Below, in pieces: positions 55,801 to 64,000 of a stretch of DNA of 64,000 nt; position 1 is the first letter of the stretch, and each line of letters opens with the position of its first letter. Below the pieces are notes generated by a model. It was not told where the DNA came from. It did no database searches and saw only the letters and a program-made list of their open reading frames with translations. Position numbers and translations under genes: made by a program. The DNA is from Flectonema sp. DT1601 (lineage: Eukaryota), in NCBI GenBank assembly GCA_964019425.1, contig OZ025790.1, forward strand, positions 496,001-560,000. The letters run 5' to 3'.

Positions 55801-57391
55801 TCACACGCAATTCATAGGAACAGTTGTTTTACATGACAGTTCTTCTGAGTGTAGTAATTCTGACTCAGGTCTCGCCGATAAATCTCCTGAAAAACAGGCG
55901 GCAGTAGCAGTTGAGTCACCTTCACCTCGGGAATCCCCTTCCAAAGACCAGCTTCAGGAAGCTGTCGAACCTGTACGTGACCCCAGCGTAGAACTGTTTC
56001 CAGGTGATGAAGAACAACAAAAAGATATTTCAAAGCAACCTGTTGATGATCAAACAGATGAAGAAGTTGATCAGCAAGAATCAGACTCAGCAACTGATGA
56101 CTTATGTCTGAGTGAGACTCCTGGTGCTGGTGGAAAGCCACAACCACAAGAAGCTGTCGAAGAACCTGAACAACAAGATGTGGAACCGGAAATGGAAATT
56201 GATTTCAGAACACTACCCGCAGCTCAAAAGAGAGCGCCTCTTGGAGATGATGATTGCCGTCCTTCTAAGAGTGTGTTTTTAAGGATATCAGGCTTACCGA
56301 TTACAAGACCAGTTGATACTATAATTCAAGACTCACCAGTACCAGAAGAGAGTGAAGACGGAGGACCAGAACTGTCACCGATGAGTCAAAAATCAAAAGA
56401 CAACACCCCACCTGAAGCAGACAGTGACAGCAAGCCTGAATCACCGAAGGCAGATCGGCCACCAACACCTCCAGAGATTGAGCTGTCTGATTCTGATATT
56501 CCGAAATGTTCGATTCCAAAATATGATAAATCAGTGATAAGAGATTCATCAAAACATATAAGTTGTGTTTCTATTATAGTTTCTGGACTTCCTAAAGTAA
56601 AGCTATCGAGTCAATCATCAAACGTTGACAGAACTCCTGTACAGTTGGTAGACTTGGTTTCAACTCAACCAGCAGTCGAGGAAGAAATCCAAAAACCTGA
56701 ACGTCCTCCAAAACAGAGAACCGTGACTGCTCCAACAGTCGTCAGTGCTATTGAAGGAAAATCTGAAGAAGAAGTCGCACAAGAGAATCGAATTAAAGAA
56801 GTTTCTGACAAACTGCGTCAACAAGATGGACAGATTCTCTCAGAAGCGACATCAATATTGAAAAAACAAAAAATTGCAGTTCGGAAAGCTGATCGAGAAG
56901 TCATTGCAAACAACTGCTTTCTTCAACCCAACGGACCATCTGGGGTTAGAGTAGTAGTTGAACAGAATAAGTATATTGTTATAAAACAGAAACGAAGAAT
57001 ATTAAAATCACCTCTTCTGTATTGTATTCCAACTTTGGCAACCGCCAGTCCTCAAAATATGGTTCGTGTGAATGGAGAGTTCTTAAGTTTGTTTAATGTA
57101 TTTATACCAAAGGATCAGCCTGCTCATAAAACTGAGTGGATAACGTTGAAGACTGCTAGTCCTCAAGCGGCAGCTGCTGCTGCTAAAAAGTTGGTAGACA
57201 GGATTACGAGTGTTGTTGGTAGGCGGACCTCTGTTATTGAAAAGCAACATCCGTTACCTCAGCAGCAAGAGCAGCAGCAACATCCACAGCAGCCACAGCA
57301 ACATCCACAACCACAGCCGCCACTACCACCGCCATCTGGTCCTCAAGAAATCCGACAACCTGACAGCCAACTACAACAGCGGACACAGTAA
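52835..57391 (+). CDS. RNI-like leucine-rich-repeat protein with long disordered region and Q/P-rich tail
   Basis: Repeated LxxLxLxxNxL/IxxxG units in the first ~350 aa. A short upstream exon (52698-52723, intron 52724-52821) would be in frame. Confidence 0.85.
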   Translation: MRSLVSRQRATTGVEVEDWDSLNSHVATKTCNEICGLFLYQLMMTEKQFSWLSGVVRHLMRQLKKLDLSSVGMEDRNCQELCRSLEGGQIRLVSLKLCGNNLGPASGPSIGHYISSLNGTELTTLRLRFNKLGTSGFLAIVKRLANHPSIRVLDVGTNHITSSGLREAGRSLSCSSNNIRKLYLYGNDISDEGMISLRPYLIHKRANHLSILDLWTCGLGVESGTILGDVCGNQNSLQEIKLSNNTLTDEGTRLLCQGILRGNRRTPLSVLDLSANVIGDDSHTSLISVIKKQKVRTLNIRDNQLSLDPCLLLIQAAVSNKVLHILNIARNHLTITDCDMICVASHACKTCTITFSPFTCDTQFTQSSYQPSNTLTALMSVIDPDAVVSGLDEGEDASNMVISPETREGSPLYIAADPEDDFAPDPIPQSVNPTIVHKKVSLTDIMNSAISVPSPAKDGRSLHVSDIAGVGIELNNDRKKSNYAGNSVKTLSATGGFQTTNNKIDYRVRDQLTDTNAEYPTSVLTDHSAQSSPARRQGFSPSYVIQNNVNSFPMDVPFTNHGGPGQGIEEKIIIRNERSFHQKSFANVSADERVLKMNSDGVNKGNNESKSLHVSEIRQMQSSGGGGGGHDSFESLAAAVASFNPSRYDEGSIQTNELILEPNSNTTPQILGMSELLRSSSPVESYPSYDSKSYLRPDLQPQLIPTNTSNRSLLPEQESFFLQQLSSMPLSSLEAAEQIISRRRQQHSSLSDHILDGTIPQQNTNVGIDLHHNNNNRNVDKSPVPISPQGRRSDVEEDPILLKSNDTQRDLSIEVQSENTPSEEFSVQIIGHHDPTPDPALNQSINQQPASPISRGVSIELVAVAESPRKLNPIIMINSNSSPDGYYRSGSPSPSKGVSKKSVSEPQENSPIVSRTVAERVEDWETRNQSDEERSRTPKRAEVVLSPLSVTPPREESSPVSSRHSPQVESPRGVPASPMADKSPSKSPTHTQFIGTVVLHDSSSECSNSDSGLADKSPEKQAAVAVESPSPRESPSKDQLQEAVEPVRDPSVELFPGDEEQQKDISKQPVDDQTDEEVDQQESDSATDDLCLSETPGAGGKPQPQEAVEEPEQQDVEPEMEIDFRTLPAAQKRAPLGDDDCRPSKSVFLRISGLPITRPVDTIIQDSPVPEESEDGGPELSPMSQKSKDNTPPEADSDSKPESPKADRPPTPPEIELSDSDIPKCSIPKYDKSVIRDSSKHISCVSIIVSGLPKVKLSSQSSNVDRTPVQLVDLVSTQPAVEEEIQKPERPPKQRTVTAPTVVSAIEGKSEEEVAQENRIKEVSDKLRQQDGQILSEATSILKKQKIAVRKADREVIANNCFLQPNGPSGVRVVVEQNKYIVIKQKRRILKSPLLYCIPTLATASPQNMVRVNGEFLSLFNVFIPKDQPAHKTEWITLKTASPQAAAAAAKKLVDRITSVVGRRTSVIEKQHPLPQQQEQQQHPQQPQQHPQPQPPLPPPSGPQEIRQPDSQLQQRTQ

Positions 57392-57667
57392 AGCATTAGT
57401 CAGTATCAAAAAAAAGGTCCGAAATATATTTTAATACCTCCTCGTATTAATCTAATAGAACTGTTCTACTAGCCCTTAATGTTTCGACCCTCCTGTAGTA
57501 GGATTTTTTTTTTTTTTGTGTTTTTTTTTTTTAAAAAAATAAAACATCATCTTGTATCTCAGTTTCTTATCATTTTGTTCCCTTCCCCGGTTATTGTTTC
57601 ACCCCTTTAGAGAAGAATGAAAAAAAAAAAAAAAAAAAAAAAAAATAGTAGTACAAAAAAAAAAATA

Positions 57668-58050
57668 TCAGTTATTCTCAAAATTGCCGACCAAAAAAAT
57701 ACGTACCTCGGAAAAAAGAAGCTTACTAAGCGAAATATTCGATCTTGGATGCAAACTACGAACAGCAGAGCAGGTTGGTTCCGCAGGTGCAAACCGTGTT
57801 GTGGAAAATTAAAACTGTGGGTGCGTTTAACTCATATTTTGACCGCCCATTTCACTCCGGATGATAGATATAAATTTACAGGCTGAGAGTGCCCAACGGG
57901 GGATCAAAAGATTCACAAATTAAGTAACCTGAGGGAGTGTTTTGGTAGATTGACCCAAATCTGGATCAAATAAAAAAAAATAGGAATCATGTTAAAGAAC
58001 AGCTGGGTAAAATGAGCCATTTTGTGGTCGGTAATTTTGAGAAAGACTGA
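57668..58050. mobile_element. Tc1/mariner-type MITE (383 bp)
   Basis: About 31-bp imperfect TIRs (TCAGTTATTCTCAAAATTGCCGACCA versus TGGTCGGTAATTTTGAGAAAGACTGA), with TA on both sides (57666-57667, 58051-58052). Confidence 0.8.
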
Positions 58051-58468
58051 TACGTAATTAGAATGCTAGTTTAACCGACGGAAAAAAAAAAGAAAAACGA
58101 ACGGGAAAAAAAAAAAAAAAAGAAATAATAATAATAGACGATATAGCTTTATGATTTAAACCTTTTTTTTTTTTTTTTTTTGATTTAAGTTTGATTTTTT
58201 CATTGTAGTATCACTTGCACTACACTTTGTTAAAGAGAAATAAACATTCTCGAAAACAATAAAGCTGATTACTAGCATGAAGTGAATTTTTTTTTTTTTT
58301 TTTTTTTTGAGGAGGACAAAAAAAAAAAATTCCGTTTCGTATTATTGGCTATACCAATTTAAGAGTATTGTAATATATATTTTTTCTTTTTTTTTTTTCC
58401 TCCCTCATCTATAAATTCTTTAACACCCATTCTTGTCAGGGAGAGAAGCACGTTAAAAACAATAACAA

Positions 58469-59146
58469 ATGCGTGTTAGAAAATCTCCTTTGGGACTTTT
58501 ATTGTTGAGTATATTTATAGTTGTTGGGTCATTGGTTAGAATGTCTTCAACACAACAAGAGAAAAAGGATAATTTTCAAGGAGAAGCATGGAGGACAGAT
58601 CAAACAATATCAGCAACGACTATTGCTGAGACTAAGTTTGCCAGGTGTGAGAAGCATTCAGTTAGAACGGCGACAGGAAAAGTTATTGACGATTGGCTTT
58701 GGTTTGATGAAGCCAACGCGGTAAATGTTTTAGTTCAAAAATCTGATGGTGACTTTGCACTTTTTAATCAAATAAAATATGGAATACCAAAACCAACATT
58801 AGCATTACTCGGTGGTATGTTAGAATCCAACGAGACTCCTTTAGAAGCCGCAAAACGTGAACTACTAGAAGAGCTCTCACTCACTTCATCCGATTGGATA
58901 TTTCTTGGGACCTACCGAGTCGCTGCTAACCGTGGTGGTGGATACATTAGTTGTTTTCTCGCTAAGATGTGTGTTCGATCATCTCAAAAGGCTGTTGATG
59001 ACGATTTAGAAGTGAGAGATGTAGTTACCGTTTCACAAACCCGACTAAAACAGCTTCTTCTCTCTGGTGAAATTGGAGAAGTAAAATGGGCAGCCACAGC
59101 AGCACTCGCATTGCTACACCTCGGCGAAGATTCTGAAAAAATATAA
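58469..59146 (+). CDS. Nudix hydrolase (ADP-ribose pyrophosphatase-like) with N-terminal hydrophobic segment
   Basis: Nudix box GGMLESNETPLEAAKRELLEELSL. Confidence 0.9.
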   Translation: MRVRKSPLGLLLLSIFIVVGSLVRMSSTQQEKKDNFQGEAWRTDQTISATTIAETKFARCEKHSVRTATGKVIDDWLWFDEANAVNVLVQKSDGDFALFNQIKYGIPKPTLALLGGMLESNETPLEAAKRELLEELSLTSSDWIFLGTYRVAANRGGGYISCFLAKMCVRSSQKAVDDDLEVRDVVTVSQTRLKQLLLSGEIGEVKWAATAALALLHLGEDSEKI

Positions 59147-59430
59147 TAAAAAAAAAATTAAAAAAGAGAGATTTTTGATAATATTATTACACCTACCGAG
59201 TAAAAACTGATTTCTAAAAAAAAAAAAAAAAAAAAAAGAATCGTTGAAGACTTCCTAGTTTTGTTATTGTAACTGTTGTGACCATCACAACCATATTAAC
59301 ACTATTTTACGTGTGATTTTGATTAGGATTCTATCACACTTGATATTGTGTGTTGTGGGTGATCAATGGCGATGAATTATTATTTTTTTTTTTTTCCAAT
59401 AACAGGAATCGTGCGTTGTCGTTATGCTGA

Positions 59431-60129
59431 ATGATTAAGGTAATTGTTATTTATATCTTCTCATGTGTTGTGATTGGTAATGCTGTTGAATGTTTTTTTG
59501 AATCACTCGGTTTATTGAGTAGTTGCAATGGATATTGTACAGCAACACTCTCTGGAGGGAGGTGGGAACGAGGTTGTGAGTTTGACGGACCTTGGGCTGT
59601 AAATTGCAGCAGTCTAACATCACTATCCCCAGCATCATACAAAGGTATCACACCCGCACATGAGATGTGGTGTTGTGGAGTTGACGGATGTAATTTTGAC
59701 TTGTCTAATGCTACACAAGTTGTTTTAAATTCATCAACTGACAACACAAATAACAACGTGACCTGTATAATGTCTTGTACAGGTCCGATGTGTAGTACTT
59801 CTTACAACACGACATTGCAGTGTAGTTGGTGTTCAGTTCAAAAGCTATCAATGAATACTCCTGAGGGAGAGCCTCAGTCATGGTTACATAGTTGTGGATT
59901 GGATCATTTTATAAATTGCACCTCACGAAGTGAAACTTCTGATTTAGTGCAACCGAATCCATCACTTCCCTGGTGGTGTTGTAATTCTCATCGTTGTAAT
60001 GTTCTTCCACACCAATGGGATCCAACTGCCCTTGCTCCGATTGATTTGCCTCCGATTCTGAGAGAGAGCTCAGCCTGTCGGAGTATTGTAAGTCCGATTA
60101 TTTTATTTATTATTTTAATTGTTATTTAG
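59431..60129 (+). CDS. Cys-rich surface protein with two Ly6/uPAR three-finger-like domains, putative GPI anchor
   Basis: Signal peptide; two domains ending WCCGVDGCN and WCCNSHRCN; hydrophobic C-terminus without a cytosolic tail. Confidence 0.7.
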   Translation: MIKVIVIYIFSCVVIGNAVECFFESLGLLSSCNGYCTATLSGGRWERGCEFDGPWAVNCSSLTSLSPASYKGITPAHEMWCCGVDGCNFDLSNATQVVLNSSTDNTNNNVTCIMSCTGPMCSTSYNTTLQCSWCSVQKLSMNTPEGEPQSWLHSCGLDHFINCTSRSETSDLVQPNPSLPWWCCNSHRCNVLPHQWDPTALAPIDLPPILRESSACRSIVSPIILFIILIVI

Positions 60130-60237
60130 GATCGTTTTTAATCCTTTTCAGGATTACGTAACCTGAATATAAGCAACTGTGTTGTGTTGTGTTGTGTGTA
60201 CGTTACTTTCATTTGACTTCAGAGAAGCCTTAACAAA

Positions 60238-61853
60238 ATGGGTACTTCTCTACCAAAACCCGTAACGACAAAGGTCGTTGAAAGAAAAGGAAATAAACTA
60301 TTCCGTGTTGGTGTCAGTTCAATGAATGGAATGAGAGAGAGAATGGAAGATGATCATTCTGTTGAGATGCACGACACTTGGGGATTCTTTGGTATCTTTG
60401 ATGGACACGTTGGACCAGCAGCAGCAGAGTACATGGCACAACGCTGGCCTGAAGTATTAAGAGAAGAGACAATTCCAATTTCTGATGAAAGAATGAAACA
60501 GATCAGTTTAGATTTAGATCAAGAGTTCCTCAAACTTCCAAGTGAAGATGGTAGCACTGGAACCTTCTTGATTGCGAGGAAGCTTGGTTCAGGAAAGTAT
60601 ACTCTTCAAGTTGGTAACGTGGGTGACTCTCGTGTTATCGTCGGAAAAGGTGGTCGTGCTTGCTCTGTTACTGATGATCACAAACCAAACAACGAGGGAG
60701 AACTTCGTCGAATTGAAGAAGCCGGAGGCTCTGTATCAAACGGCAGAGTCGATGGTAAACTCGCTGTTAGTCGCGCCTACGGAGACAGCGAATACAAGAC
60801 ATCTGATAGTAATTTAACTCACAAGGTCATCGCTGTTCCAGATATAGTTCATATCGATTGCGGACCAGAAGATTTTATTTTCCTTTCTTGCGATGGCGTC
60901 TTCGAATCAAACTTCACCAACGAGGAAGTTATTGAATTCGTTACCGAGAAATTAAACGAAACAAACGACCTCAGTGAGATCGCCTCAGCAGTATGCACAG
61001 AAGCATTAGATAGAGGAAGTCATGATAACATTTCATGTATGTTAATACAGTTGGTTGATGGATCAGACTACGCCTCTCTTCCAGATGATAAACAGAAAGA
61101 AGTTATCCACGGACCGTATTCATGCCCAATGTCACAAGCATTCCGCAATGCTTATTTAGGAACTATCGCTCCTTTGGGTATCGAGATTCACGATGCTGTA
61201 GATGCTCGCTATGAACACGTTCTGTCTCAACTACCAAAGAGAATCGCTGAGACAAAAACCGACGGTGACTCATGTGATTTAGAATCCCTCACTGATTCTG
61301 AGCTTCGTAAGATTTTAGTGAACAAACGGAATCGAGTAGTTGATGTGATCCCTCTCAGTCGACAGGATTTGATCAGTCGGTGTGCAGAAGTATGTTCTTC
61401 GTTGTGTATTGCAATTATTCAATGAAATTAAGAAAAAAAAAAAAAAAAAAAAAAACAGAACCCACCCAACGTACCTGACGACATCGTTGAAATGAGAGCA
61501 GAGTTGCAGAGAATGGCCGTCAACGGAGAGGTCCCTCCACCAGTTGTATGTTTTTTTTTTTTAAATTAATGAATAGTTTAGTCTTTTAACACTCGGCTAA
61601 ATAACATAATAACAGGGATCACCTTCTCGTAGTACGTGGTTTAAGAACTTCACTGACGCTGGTCGTGCTCAGCCTCAACAGCAAGATGAACTCTCTCGCC
61701 TTTTGGTATGAAATCTAATCCGTGTTTGTAGTTAAAACTTATTAAATGATAATAATAAATGAACCATCACACCCACAGAGTGCTATGTCAGTTCTTAGTC
61801 GCCCAAGTGGAATGCCGTCTCATATGAATGGAGAAGGACCGATGGGTACGTAA
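60238..61853 (+). CDS. PP2C: Protein phosphatase 2C (PPM family)
   Basis: R..MED, FDGH, NVGDSR, DHKP, LAVSRAYGD, CDG, DN motifs. Exons 60238-61389, 61459-61545, 61616-61705, 61779-61853. Confidence 0.95.
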
Positions 61854-62496
61854 AATGTCATATCAAGTAGCTGTGAGTAGCCTCCTAGCTGACGATAGTG
61901 ATCTGGTCAGAGGCCAGCAATAGTCAATAGGATACAAGGTCCGGGTTATCAATTTTGGGAAGGTCGTTCGGCTAGTTGGAGATTCTCTGTTTTTTTTTGT
62001 AGTTCTTTTTTTTTTTTTTTTTTTTTTTGCTTTCCTTTTCCTTTCCTGTTCCTTTTCATTTTCCTTTTTTTTTTTTTTTGTTTCTCATTTGCGAGCGTTG
62101 TTTGCCTTTGGAAAAAAGAAAAACCATTCCCGATTCCCTGCATGTTCTCACGGCCCGTTTTTTTTATTTTTTTTATTGTTGTTTGTGGGTTTCTTTTTTT
62201 TTGTCAATTTTTTTTCTAGTCCTGAAACATGGCAGGGGCTCACGTGAGGGGCACGCTTTTGTTTCTTTAAACAAAAAACCAATATCGGTAGTACTTGTGT
62301 TTCTTTTTGTTTTTGTCTTTTTTTTTGCACAACAAATGTCAGTAGCTTCGCTGTTGGAGGCAAAAAAAAACTAACAATTTTTTGGCGTATAATTTTACTT
62401 CTCTAAGGTGACGACGTAGAGAAAAGTAATTATCACCGACATCAATAAAGAATTTCCGGTAAGTAAGTTTTTCCACAGAATGCACTATTTATTTCA

Positions 62497-62527
<31 letters not shown>

Positions 62528-64000
62528 TTTTTTTTTTTTTTATTTGGTTAAAAAATTAGTGTCATTTAGGTAAAATTTTTGTTTGTGTTGAAAAGTGTCG
62601 GACTTTTCCCAACTCAGACGGCTAAGTTGCTAGACCCGCTTTGTTACTGAGAAGCATAATTCTTGTTTCAGAGCCCATTGAGCTGACTGGTGGTGCGCTT
62701 TTCTGCTTTCCGCCGACGCGCCTCAAGTAGCTCTGAGTCTTGTTCCCTGAGCTCTGTTATTGAAGTTGGTGGTCTCCACCCGTTTTTTTTATAAAAAAAC
62801 AAAAAAAAAAACGAACGTCTCCTAGAAAAAAAATACAAGTTTATTATGTCTGATTGTAGACTGATTGCACGAGGAGTTCAGGTTAACGTATTCTGGGGGT
62901 TTCCCTATCTTTTTTCCCCCCTCCCTTTCGTTTTTTTTTTGCTACTGCATTATAATAAACATTGTTGAAGAAGGGAAACAAAAAAAAAAAAGAAAAAAAG
63001 TGGAAACCCATCCATGATAGTTATCTGACATCCGGATTTTCAACAACAGAGAGGAGGTGGAAGATGTGATGTGATGAAGAGGGTCTTCCTTCTTCCTTTT
63101 TATTGCTTGATTTGTGTGCTAAAAGCTTTCTTTAAAAATTTCCCGTTTTTTAAAACTGTCCTCTTGCCTGCGTGTATCTTGCCTATAAGATGAAGTTAGC
63201 ACCACATTATAAATTGATGTCTCTGTGGTAGTATACAATAACCGTTGTGGAAACATTTGGCTTTTTTCCCTTTCCCCGTTTCTTTTTTTCTTTTTGTCTC
63301 CCATTCCACTTCCCTTTATTTTTTTTTTTTTTGTTTTGAGCAAATCTTATCGGCAATGAAGTTGGTAACGGAGATAAGTGTTTAAAACAGCTACCACGCG
63401 ACAGCAGGACTGGTATTTAGTTGGCCGCACGTCGGTCGACATTCAGTCATCCTTAGTAACGTAGTGTCTTGGTGGGGAGACTACTGAGGAGTAGTGTCAG
63501 AAGTGTTTCCCCCCTGCTGGTCACAACGCACAGTGTTATTCTTACGTTATCACTACTACGGAATCAGAAACTGAATTTTTTTTTTGAGTGAAGAGTCGTT
63601 AAGAAAATAAAACGAATAGTCAGCTGGCGGAAAGATTTTAGCCAGCCAACGATAACAACAACAATAAAAAAAAAAAAAAAACGAAAATAGTATTGGAATT
63701 GTTTAAAATTGAAGAACAAAAACAAAAAAAAAAAGGATGGAAAAAAAAAAAAAAAAAAAAAAAAATTATATATCGGGTCATAAGTTTTTTTTGCGACCAA
63801 ATTCTGAAAAAAACTTTTGACTGATATATTGAGATTCGAGAACACAATCCTTGTTTCCAGCCTCACATCCCGCCCCCCAAAAAAAAAAAACGAATGTGAT
63901 GTGAGAGAGCTTCACAGATATGATACCTACGTGTGGGTAATCTGATCCAGTGAATGTCTTTAGCGAGTTAATTATTTCTTTTTTTTTTTCTATTTACTAG

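Noticed and set aside
62668..62737. Long hairpin TCAGAGC..GCTCTGA as SECIS or H/ACA RNA
   Set aside because: No SECIS core, no terminal AGA/ACA, and no in-frame TGA gene nearby.

Overview
A 64-kb window of an AT-rich eukaryotic nuclear genome. About 29 protein genes all lie on the + strand, most without introns and some with short GT-AG introns. This layout, the euglenozoan-style proteins and the single-hairpin AGA snoRNAs suggest a euglenozoan, most likely a diplonemid (inference). Recognisable genes: PPR+RRM protein, a tandem double aspartate aminotransferase ending in PTS1 (SRL), VPS16, PH/coiled-coil protein, MAPKK-like kinase, FKBP, degenerate adenylate cyclase, ATP synthase OSCP, divergent EF-1alpha-family GTPase, P4H-ShKT, SAM protein, cathepsin L, probable uL30m, RNF5-like E3, Sec61gamma, LRR protein, Nudix, a Ly6/uPAR-like surface protein and PP2C. 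The main structures missed by the ORF track are: (1) a 419-bp tandem array (1823-3802) that is a repeated snoRNA cluster with one box C/D and two AGA H/ACA guides with identifiable rRNA targets; (2) a 1180-bp non-autonomous TIR element (14640-15819) carrying a tRNA-derived segment and scrambled 28S rRNA fragments, including the R2/I-PpoI site; (3) a Tc1/mariner-type MITE (57668-58050); (4) cis introns with a T-rich 5' part, an A/C-rich 3' part without a polypyrimidine tract, and strong clustering near gene ends. All calls were made by eye; no database searches were run.
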